Shown here piece by piece: positions 13,256 through 22,947 of a stretch of 64,000 nt of DNA. This DNA comes from Aplysia californica (Eukaryota): positions 193,579-257,578 of the forward strand of contig NW_004797445.1 in the NCBI RefSeq assembly GCF_000002075.1. Direction: 5' to 3'. The notes under the pieces are model-generated. The model saw nothing but the letters and a program-made list of their open reading frames with translations. It did no database searches and was not told the origin of the DNA. The stretch's first letter is position 1; each line of letters begins with the position of its first letter. Position numbers and translations under genes: made by a program.

Positions 13256-13308
13256 GTAGCATACTCCGCAACACTTTTCCCACCCGGAGCGAGATCTTCT
13301 TCGTCCAT
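13256..13308 (-). CDS. CFAP299: CFAP299 exon 1 (MDEEDLAPGGKSVAEYAT)
   Basis: caaaATGg start context, ac|gtaagt donor; 53 bp, phase 2, joins exon 2 in frame. Total CDS 702 bp (233 aa). Confidence 0.85.
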
Positions 13309-14285
13309 TTTGAACCTCAAAGATCTAAAGCTGAATTTTGGAGATATTTCACTCAATATGAATATGAAGTTTGCACCAGTACTATAAATGTAGAGCGCAC
13401 GTTTTCGTCTTGTCTCGATTCACGAGTTTGGAAAAATGTGTTCAATAGTAGTACAGCAATGTGTTTCGGGAATCCGCGCTCTCCTGTCAGAACATTGAAC
13501 ATGTCTTTATTGCTGAAACAGCACCTGACCTGTTCGTGAGGTCACTATCATAAACATTGCATTTTACTATATTATCAAATGTACACTGAAAGATGGTACA
13601 CCACCATCATGAATACATAAAAAATAGTTGCACATAAGTTAAGAGCAATAAATATAGATGTCGCCATCATCGCTGGTTTTTCTTTTTTTTAAATTGTTCT
13701 TTTAATATTTGCATAATAATATTATGTATAACCTTTTGTCCTTGGTATTTGTTTTTAGATGTTACGCCCTAAAAGTAGTAGATGCATCTTCATCACAGTA
13801 ATATAGAAGTGGGCATAGGNNNNNNNNNNNNNNNNNNNNNNNNNNNNNNNNNNNNNNNNNNNNNNNNNNNNNNNNNNNNNNNNNNNNNNNNNNNNNNNNN
13901 NNNNNNNNNNNNNNNNNNNCTATTCTCCAACCAGAACCAAATAACCAAGTACACTTTCAAAGACCGAATGAAAAAAACATAGAGTTCAGAAAGTGTGGCT
14001 GGGTATTTTCAAGCTAATGTCGAAGTTGTCGAGGTGGTTAATGAAAAGGTATTACATGTATCAATATCATTTTTAGTACGCATTTGTGGAAGGCGTAAAA
14101 AAAGTTCGAAGATTTTGCTTTTACCGGACATATACTTTATTGAAAGTGAAAGGCATTACTTCTTGACTTCAAAACAACACTAGATTTAGATCTAGATATC
14201 TAGATCTATATATCTAGTAATCTAGATTCTAGTCAAGTTTGGTGAATTATCCAATACGATGGCGAGTTCTGTCATGCGCACTTAC

Positions 14286-14338
14286 GTAGCATACTCCGCA
14301 ACACTTTTCCCACCCGGAGCGAGATCTTCTTCGTCCAT
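14286..14338 (-). CDS. CFAP299: Identical second copy of CFAP299 exon 1 within the duplicated block (likely assembly duplicate)
   Basis: Same sequence as 13256-13308 at offset +1030. Confidence 0.45.
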
Positions 14339-14879
14339 TTTGAACCTCAAAGATCTAAAGCTGAATTTTGGAGATATTTCACTCAATATGAATATGAAGT
14401 TTGCAGCAGTACAATTGATGTAGAGCGCACGTTTTCGTCTTGTCTCGATTCACGAGTTTGGAAAAATGTGTTCAATAGTAGTACAGCAATGTGTTTCGGG
14501 AATCCGCGCTCTCCTGTCAGAACATTGAACATGTCTTTATTGCTGAAACAGCACCTGACCTGTTCGTGAGGTCACTATCATAAACATTGCATTTTACTAT
14601 ATTATCAAATGTACACTGAAAGATGGTACACCACCATCATGAATACATAAAAAATAGTTGCACATAAGTTAAGAGCAATAAATATAGATGTCGCCATCAT
14701 CGCTGGTTTTTCTTTTTTTTAAATTGTTCTTTTAATATTTGCATAATAATATTATGTATAACCTTTTGTCCTTGGTATTTGTTTTTAGATGTTACGCCCT
14801 AAAAGTAGTAGATGCATCTTCATCACAGTAATATAGAAGTGGGCATAGGTGGGGGGGGGGGGGGTCGGGTCGTTATTTA

Positions 14880-15119
14880 GGCGCTTTTTCGATAGTTCCC
14901 AACCCGCAATTGTTATTCGTGGGTTTTTGCCCCAAGAGTAGGGGGGTTTCAAGGGCAAGCACCTAATAAAAATAAGGTGGGGGGGGGGGGCAATTTTACC
15001 ATAATTTGATGTTTTGCAGTTGTTAGGTTTGATATCTTAGCTCGCCGCGGATCAAACGTATAGATCTCGATGTAGATCTAGGCTCAAATAAGGGGGGTGG
15101 GAACTACCGAAAAAGCACC
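14880..15119. mobile_element. MITE with ~25-bp imperfect TIRs
   Basis: ggcgctttttcgatagttccca ... tgggaactaccgaaaaagcacc; flanks gttattta / gttatttt may be an 8-bp TSD. Confidence 0.65.
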
Positions 15120-15483
15120 GTTATTTTTGCGTACTTCAAACAGAGCCGTGAACAATCTTGTAATGTACAACCTTTGGTGATACTGACTTCACAAAATATC
15201 TGGCATTTCTGACTACTTCCACCACGCTCCTTCTCTGCTCCCAAACCTTTTGTGTTAATAATACCTCGTCACGTATTTCATCTAAACGGATATTCGTCTA
15301 GTTTCTATATGATATGTTAGCGTCTGATAACTTGTTTAATAATATTATATAATTAAATCAGAAACACGAAATTGCTAGGTTAGAATACATCGGGAGGAAA
15401 ATGTCATTCTCCTGGCAGTCAAACAAAGACATCATCAACAATATTACTATCTTGACCTTTTTGTCTATGTTTTTTTTCTTCAG

Positions 15484-15732
15484 AACATCACTCTGATGGC
15501 TGACAAATTCGAGAACGAATCGCTCAAAGTGCACCAGTTTGATTTCACCATGAAGGAGATGGCGGAAAAAATGCGGATAGACCAAAGTCCCATTGCTATT
15601 GTGTTCCCAGCTGCCTGCCACAATTTGAGAAATGCCTGCCAAGGTCTCCTAATGTGGGTGAACGCAGACTGTGCTTACGCTGAGTACTTGAGATATGACA
15701 TTCAAGAGTTGGAAAGGAAGAAAGAAGCACAG
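15484..15732 (+). CDS. Coiled-coil/death-domain protein, exon 4 (NITLMADKFENE...RKKEAQ)
   Basis: Long poly-T cag| acceptor, cag|gtgagt donor; 249 bp, phase 0-0. Confidence 0.85.
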
Positions 15733-16236
15733 GTGAGTACTATGGGCGTTTGGTGGTATGTGTTTGTGAGCAGGAATGTATTTCACTCTGGTGAAAGCTT
15801 TTGTACTTATTTCGTTAATAAGGGAGCGCGCCTGTGAAGGAGAGGGGCGCGGGGGCTGGGGTAGAGGTAAGGGGAGGGGGTTGATGGAGTATAAAGAAGG
15901 GAAGAGGGCTGAGTGTGACGTATAAAAATCTCATGCAATGCGATGTCTGTTCCTGTGGTGTTGCACTCTTTGTGGCAAGGTGTAATGCTTNNNNNNNNNN
16001 NNNNNNNNNNNNNNNNNNNNNNNNNNNNNNNNNNNNNNNNNNNNNNNNNNNNNNNNNNNNNNNNNNNNNNNNNNNNNNNNNNNNNNNNNNNNNNNNNNNN
16101 NNNNNNNNNNNNNNNNNNNNNNNNNNNNNNNNNNNNNNNNNNNNNNNNNNNNNNNNNNNNNNNNNNNNNNNNNNNNNNNNNNNNNNNTGAGAAAAAAAGA
16201 AAGAGAGAGGGAGAGGAGTGGGTGAGACAGAGAATT

Positions 16237-16237
<1 letters not shown>

Positions 16238-16312
<75 letters not shown>
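16238..16312. repeat. (CAGA)n tetranucleotide microsatellite
   Basis: Visible repeat. Confidence 0.95.
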
Positions 16313-16313
<1 letters not shown>

Positions 16314-16646
16314 GGGCCNNNNNNNNNNNNNNNNNNNNNNNNNNNNNNNNNNNNNNNNNNNNNNNNNNNNNNNNNNNNNNNNNNNNNNNNNNNNNNNNNN
16401 NNNNNNNNNNNNNNNNNNNNNNNNNNNNNNNNNNNNNNNNNNNNNNNGAAATAATGATCGCACACGTATAGCTTTGTTGGAGAGCCGCCTGACACAAAAA
16501 GCACCGTTATTTTTGCGTACTTCATTAACAGAGAAAACAAGCGGAANNNNNNNNNNNNNNNNNNNNNNNNNNNNNNNNNNNNNNNNNNNNNNNNNNNNNN
16601 NNNNNNNNNNNNNNNNNNNNNNNNNNNNNNNNNNNNNNNNNNNNNN

Positions 16647-16704
<58 letters not shown>

Positions 16705-16930
16705 GAAAAACAGAGAGAAATAATGATCGAAAACGTATAGTTTTGTTGAAAAGCCCATTGACACAATAACGGCCATTTAGAACTTCGAAAAAGCAAGAGA
16801 AAACAGAGGAATAGTTAAAACTGAAATCAACGGTACGCTCTCTTAACATCCTCGACAGAAAACAAATTTCTTTTGAAAACATTCTATTCCAGCACGTCTA
16901 CCCATCACTCTCTCACTCTTTCTTTTGAAG

Positions 16931-17059
16931 GCTAAAGTTTACAGAGATGCCCAACTGAAGGCCAACAATGGAGAATTTACAGTCAAATCTCTCAGGAAGT
17001 ACATCGGAGAGTGCAATGACCAGCTGAAACGTCTTAAGCCAAGGGAACAGAACCTTAAG
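16931..17059 (+). CDS. Coiled-coil/death-domain protein, exon 5 (AKVYRDAQLK...EQNLK)
   Basis: Pyrimidine tract and aag| acceptor, aag|gtaatc donor; 129 bp, phase 0-0. Confidence 0.82.
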
Positions 17060-17643
17060 GTAATCAGTTTACTGTCAAAACTTAACTTTACAGCTTTCTC
17101 TAAGAACTGCTGTCAGGTAGTATGGACAAGACAATGTTGATCTGAAGCCATAATCCGTGGCCATTCAGCCGGAAAGTGGTTGACACCTAAAATCATGGAA
17201 TACGTTTTTGTTGTTAAAAAGGTGCACCTTCATAACCTACCCACTCCAACCACTGACTTGCTGTTATGGACGCACCCACGCGACATAGTCCATAGGTACA
17301 TGAGTGGTATTTACTTTTGTGNNNNNNNNNNNNNNNNNNNNNNNNNNNNNNNNNNNNNNNNNNNNNNNNNNNNNNNNNNNNNNNNNNNNNNNNNNNNNNN
17401 NNNNNNNNNNNNNNNNNNNNNNNNNNNNNNNNNNNNNNNNNNNNNNNNNNNNNNNNNNNNNNNNNNNNNNNNNNNNNNNNNNNNNNNNNNNNNNNNNNNN
17501 NNNNNNNNNNNNNNNNNNNNNNNNNNNNNCTCTTCTTGCCTTCTTTCTTACCTTCCTTCCTCCCTTCCTTTTTCCTTCCTTCTTTCTTAATTACATTTAC
17601 TTTGTGGCCAGGTAGATTGTACCTAAACGTATGTCTACCACAG

Positions 17644-17760
17644 GCTGAGGGAAGACGACTGCGAGCAGAAAACAAGGATGTGCTTGTTGATCTGGACATC
17701 AAAGAATACAGAAAAATGGAAATGAGACTGACAGGCAGCATTACTGACAGAGAAGGCCAG
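17644..17760 (+). CDS. Coiled-coil/death-domain protein, exon 6 (AEGRRLRAENK...DREGQ)
   Basis: ccacag| acceptor, cag|gtacga donor; 117 bp, phase 0-0. Confidence 0.8.
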
Positions 17761-17944
17761 GTACGACAAAGCTAGAAGTAGGTTGTAGAAACTCCATTGC
17801 TTTTGCATCTTATGAGTTTAACACCTCTGCAATATAGTGATTGGAAATCCATTTTAGAAGTTAATGTGAAAATTTGATGACTTGACAGGATGCAAGAAGA
17901 CCGGTTTTTTGCTCAATTCCGCTTAGTCAAAATTTCTAGTTCAT

Positions 17945-18457
17945 CTCATACTAAAGAGAAAGAAGAGGGATCGCATTACTCCCAAGTTAAGAACGTTGCA
18001 TTGGCTTCCCGTGTCAGCTAGAATGTTAATAAAATTGCAATATTATATCATAACTGTGTCAATAACAAAGATCCCTCATACTTTAGTGCTCTTATCCAGA
18101 TTTATGTTCCATCTACATTTAGATCACTGCGATCAGGCGATCAGTATCTTTTAAGAGTTCCTAGAAAAGGAGGTAAGAAATTAGCTGAAAGATCGTTTGC
18201 CCACCTTGCTCCATCGGTTTGGAACTCTCCTCCCAAATCCTTGAGACATACAACATCTAAGTCTAAATTTAATTTTAAATATCGTTAAAGACACATTTAA
18301 TTACATCATTTTTAGGTCAGTAGATTCATGTTCAGTACAATGTTATGTAAATGACTATGTATCCATTTATCTATTTTGCGAATTGCATTGTGTATATTAT
18401 TTTATTATGTATTTGTATGTGCTCATTTCGTAACGATGTGTAAGCGTGCGCAAGTAG

Positions 18458-18537
<80 letters not shown>

Positions 18538-18660
18538 GTGCGCGCGCGCGCGCGTGAATATTGTTCGTACATGCATTTATGTAAAGCGCCTAGAGCTGTG
18601 TTTACACAGGAGTGGGCGCTATAGAAATAATCTTCAAATGATCTTCATTATTATCATTAA
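17945..18660 (+). mobile_element. 5'-truncated L2-clade LINE remnant interrupted by a (TG)n(CG)n microsatellite
   Basis: Translates ..RITPKLRTLHWLPVSAR.. and PSYFS..RSLRS..RSFAHLAPSVWNS.P (L2 C-terminal signatures); 3' end tgtaaagcgcctagag...ggcgctatagaaat...attatt. Confidence 0.8.
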
Positions 18661-18778
18661 CATGCCTTTTCCACGTAACATGTTAAAGATGATATAGTTT
18701 TGTTGAAACAGCTGTCTAAACACAGTAAGAACAACGTCGGTTTTTTAAAGTACTCTACTTATTTCTTAATTTATACAG

Positions 18779-19111
18779 GAGCGCTATGAACGTTTACACA
18801 GCGAAATCCTGGATCTCCAATCTCGAAAACCTGCCATAGAACGACGCATTACAGACCTTGAACGCCAACAGACATGGATCAGCGGGAGGCAGATGCACAG
18901 GCACAGTAAAGAAGAGGAACTTGAACAGGCTAGCCTTGATCTGAGAAACTGCAGACGCAAAGCCAGGAAGTCAGAAGTGGAGTTGGAACGCATCCAGGGC
19001 TGTCTGGCAAAACTAAAGGAAATCCATCTGCTGAAAACGAGTCAAGAAACGCTCAAGAAGATCTTCCACAACATGCCTATCAATTCTAGATATGCCCAAC
19101 CTCTGAAAAAG
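18779..19111 (+). CDS. Coiled-coil/death-domain protein, exon 7 (ERYERLHSEILDLQ...YAQPLKK); 3' end lost in the gap
   Basis: ttatacag| acceptor, phase 0, heptad-like charged sequence; the donor lies in N-gap 19112-19336. Confidence 0.82.
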
Positions 19112-19907
19112 NNNNNNNNNNNNNNNNNNNNNNNNNNNNNNNNNNNNNNNNNNNNNNNNNNNNNNNNNNNNNNNNNNNNNNNNNNNNNNNNNNNNNNNNN
19201 NNNNNNNNNNNNNNNNNNNNNNNNNNNNNNNNNNNNNNNNNNNNNNNNNNNNNNNNNNNNNNNNNNNNNNNNNNNNNNNNNNNNNNNNNNNNNNNNNNNN
19301 NNNNNNNNNNNNNNNNNNNNNNNNNNNNNNNNNNNNCATGCTGTTTATTTTCAAGATGCCATCGTTTTCATAGTGACCGTAAAAAGCAGAAATACACCAA
19401 AGGGCTTATGTAAAAGATCCCACATGTGGGCCATAGACCTGTATGCAGATATATTATATATTATATCTTAGGTTCTTAGTTTACAAAATGGGTCTTAAGT
19501 CATCCTTCAGTTTCTGAGCAGAGTGATGTCGTCCACCAGACCATTCCCAAGTTTTATCTATGGATACGGTTTTGGTAACAGTAAAGAAAGAGAAATGACT
19601 CAAGTCGGTGGTGGTGGAGGAGGAGAAGGAAGTTTGTGTGTGGGGGGGGGGGGAGGGGGAGTACGAGATATAGGGGAAGATAATGGGATTTTAAAATAAT
19701 AAANNNNNNNNNNNNNNNNNNNNNNNNNNNNNNNNNNNNNNNNNNNNNNNNNNNNNNNNNNNNNNNNNNNNNNNNNNNNNNNNNNNNNNNNNNNNNNNNN
19801 NNNNNNNNNNNNNNNNNNNNNNNNNNNNNNNNNNNNNNNNNTCTTTCAATTTTGTTGTAGAATTCTAAAAACATGGTAGTCTTGAATTGTTTTCCGTCTC
19901 TTTTCAG

Positions 19908-20299
19908 ATAACCTTGAAAAATTCTGTAAATTCGTGGCGTCTGAGATTGAAGGGGATTGGATACGTCTGTACAGGGCCTTACCTTTCTATCCAGCGAGAG
20001 GAATGGAGACAGTGTCTGCAGATATCGATGACATCATCACTCGGTTTTTGCGGAATTCGGAAGAGCAAGCACACCAAGGACTCTCTCGTTGGCGGCGCAT
20101 GCACACTCGTGCCGGGGTGAACGACCTTCGGCAAGCACTGCACACAATCAAAAGAAAAGACATTGTCGAAAAATACGACAAAATGCTCACACCCAGAAGC
20201 AAAATGTTGGTCTCACCCAAAGCACACCGTATGGTTCATTTCCCCAAAATTTCACCTCGCTCAAAGAAGAAACACAAAAACCATTACCTCTCTTTTTGA
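19908..20299 (+). CDS. Coiled-coil/death-domain protein, terminal exon encoding a death domain and basic tail
   Basis: ctcttttcag| acceptor, phase 1. VASEIEGDWIRLYRAL...ID.I...EQAHQGLSRWRR...V.DL..AL..I.RKDIVE fits the six-helix death-domain pattern. TGA ends at 20299. Confidence 0.87.
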
Positions 20300-20870
20300 C
20301 ACCATTACAGCATTGTGTTTATGATATTGCTCTGCCGTGCCAAATCCTTTGTTTTTGTTACAACATACAATCCATTAAAAACGTTTTTATCGGTCATGCT
20401 AAAACTTCATTAGTTTATCGTTGTTATCGATCCAGCATCTTGGCTTATCAATTGGTGCATTGTGTGTCGTTTGTTTACTCCTTCAAGGCCTATCTGGTTA
20501 CCTCGTTGTCTGCCTCCTCACGTCACAACTGCCTTGGCTTGTTTATACATTCATATTGTTATTTCCACCCCCGGGAGACATTCAGGATATAATAGAGGCC
20601 ACGCCCATGCAATCATTTCTAATTCTAATATCCCCGATTACCAATCGTTATTTCCTTGCAACTATAATAATATTATTATTCACTTTCGAGATTACATTGG
20701 AGAATCTTTGCCATGAATACAATATCAAACCGACCGAACACAGGATGGATTAGGCCTAACTCACTTTCGGGATTTCCACTTTCTGGGGGCCACGGAACGC
20801 CGTGTAGTGTAAAACCATGCATTCACCTAGACTACCAAACAGTTGCACGAACTGGATGAACATTATTTTA

Positions 20871-20934
20871 GACTGCTCAGTGGAAGACTCCGTTATACGT
20901 CACTTTTCAAAATGGCGTATAGCAGAGCCTTAAG
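20871..20934. mobile_element. Short palindromic repeat (hairpin MITE) disrupted by SINE insertion
   Basis: Core gtcacttttcaaaatggc shared with 53508-53552 and 57711-57784. Confidence 0.55.
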
Positions 20935-21438
20935 GGGGGCTCTCGTGGCCTAGAGGTTAAGGTGTTGGCCTCTCATTCAAAGGTCCCGGGTTCGATTCCG
21001 GGTAGCGACCCAAAAAATTTTCTTCTCTAAAATTGTCTCCTTTCACATCCTTTCCTGATCTCTAACAATGTTCTGATGTCTGCTTTCATTTCCACTTTCT
21101 GCCCCCACCCCCTCACCTCCTTTGCCCCCACCTCTGGGCTCATTACTCTTTCTGCAGCCTTTCTACTGCTACTCCTTGGCTCCTCCTAACTGCTGTCTTT
21201 CTGCCACACCCCTGATCTTCTGGTAGGAAAGATCTACACCTAGCCTTCTCGGACAAGGGCGAAAAATCTCGGAGGGCCCGTGTGCAAGTTGCGCACGTTA
21301 AAGATCCCTTGGTGGTCTAAAATCGATAAGAGTAGGCTTCGGCCGCCACCCGGGCAAAATTCAAAATTTCCTACCAACGAAAAAGTATTAGGTGCGTCCC
21401 GCGCGCTCATATGACCTATACTAAACAAACAAACAACA
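20935..21438 (+). mobile_element. tRNA-headed Nin/Deu-domain SINE, copy 2
   Basis: A and B boxes, Nin core, (AAAC)n tail, 11-bp TSD agagccttaag (20924-20934 / 21439-21449). Confidence 0.9.
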
Positions 21439-22333
21439 AGAGCCTTAAGTTACAATATTAATTATAGTTCGGTCAAAAGTCGTGGCGCAACTTATCCTCA
21501 AATATCTGTATAACGGATGAGTCAATGTCACTTATACTTTGCACAGCAATTTGTCTAAATTTGTCTTAACTTAGCCAAATCCAATTTTTCCACAACAATT
21601 GAGGCTAGACTAAAAACTTTAAAGACTTTTTTTCATAAATTAATATAAAATATTACAAATCTCCTTCCCGACGAAAATAGAATTGTTCAGAGCACTTCCC
21701 GCTCCTCACACACAAATAAATCTATATGGGTTACGTCACAGCTCACCAACAATACTTTTTAGTAGCAAAACTAGTTACAAGAAATGAATTTTATAGTGAA
21801 CACTTTATGAGCTGTCGATATGACTCTAAAGTCACCGATCATAGATGTAGATCTATTTTCCTGTAATTGCCAGCACCTGCCTGACAAATAGTTTCCACCT
21901 ACAATACATTTAAGTTCATTTTTTTTTAAATCAAGCAAGAAGGATTTGTCCCTTATTTGCAGCTGTGCTTCTTAGCACGCCCCAATAAAATAGGCCCTGC
22001 TTGGAAGAAACTCCATAAAGGCTGTGGAACCTATCTTCCATGGCGTAAGAAGATCATAGAAAAAAAACACGCTGAACTTCAAAAGAATATGAAGCTTGCT
22101 GCGTTATTCATGCCTAGTCTTTCTTTTGTTAGAAAACTGATTTTGTGTGGTTTTATGTATCAGGGCTGCAAAACAAACAACGCAACACAAAACACAACAG
22201 TACAACACAACCCAACGCAAAACAAACATAAGATAAAATGACATAACACAACAACAGCAGCAATAATTGTGATAACAGCAACGGCGCCTAATTCTGCAAC
22301 ATTAGCCAAAGTTTCGCTCCCCACCTCCACCCC

Positions 22334-22336
<3 letters not shown>

Positions 22337-22422
<86 letters not shown>
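22337..22422. repeat. (CT)n microsatellite
   Basis: Visible repeat. Confidence 0.95.
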
Positions 22423-22424
<2 letters not shown>

Positions 22425-22947
22425 ACTCTTGTTCATACGTCTGTATCATGTAATGTGTATGCCTTAGTATGTGTGCGCCGGCGTATGTCTGTGGTGTATG
22501 TGAGNNNNNNNNNNNNNNNNNNNNNNNNNNNNNNNNNNNNNNNNNNNNNNNNNNNNNNNNNNNNNNNNNNNNNNNNNNNNNNNNNNNNNNNNNNNNNNNN
22601 NNNNNNNNNNNNNNNNNNNNNNNNNNNNNNNNNNNNNNNNNNNNNNNNNNNNNNNNNNNNNNNNNNNNNNNNNNNNNNNNNNNNNNNNNNNNNNNNNNNN
22701 NNNNNNNNNNNNNNNNNNNNNNNNNNNNNNNNNNNNNNNNNNNNNNNNNNNNNNNTACGCGTAGGCGAGTGTGTGAGTTTGTTTTCCGCTGTCTATGAAG
22801 TCTCTTCCGTGCATCCCAAATCTTGTCACGAAAAGATTTCAGGGAAGTTCTTGATGAGAAGCATGCAACTTTCAATATCACCACAACTTCTAGCTGAAAT
22901 CAAGAGCAGATAAATGAAAACTAATGATAGCCTTGATGCTCGATATA

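Larger units (their letters stand above)
12890..14849. repeat. 930-bp near-identical tandem duplication (12890-13819 / 13920-14849) separated by exactly 100 N
   Basis: Constant offset of 1030, about 5 substitutions and no indels; probably uncollapsed haplotypes. Confidence 0.92.

Noticed and set aside
13310-13800. RFX X-box upstream of ciliary gene CFAP299
   Set aside because: No convincing GTTNCCATGGNAAC-like palindrome found by eye.
1063-22913. Long ORFs in the track containing X runs or RERE/CVCV/LSLS repeats
   Set aside because: Artefacts of N-gaps and microsatellites, not genes.
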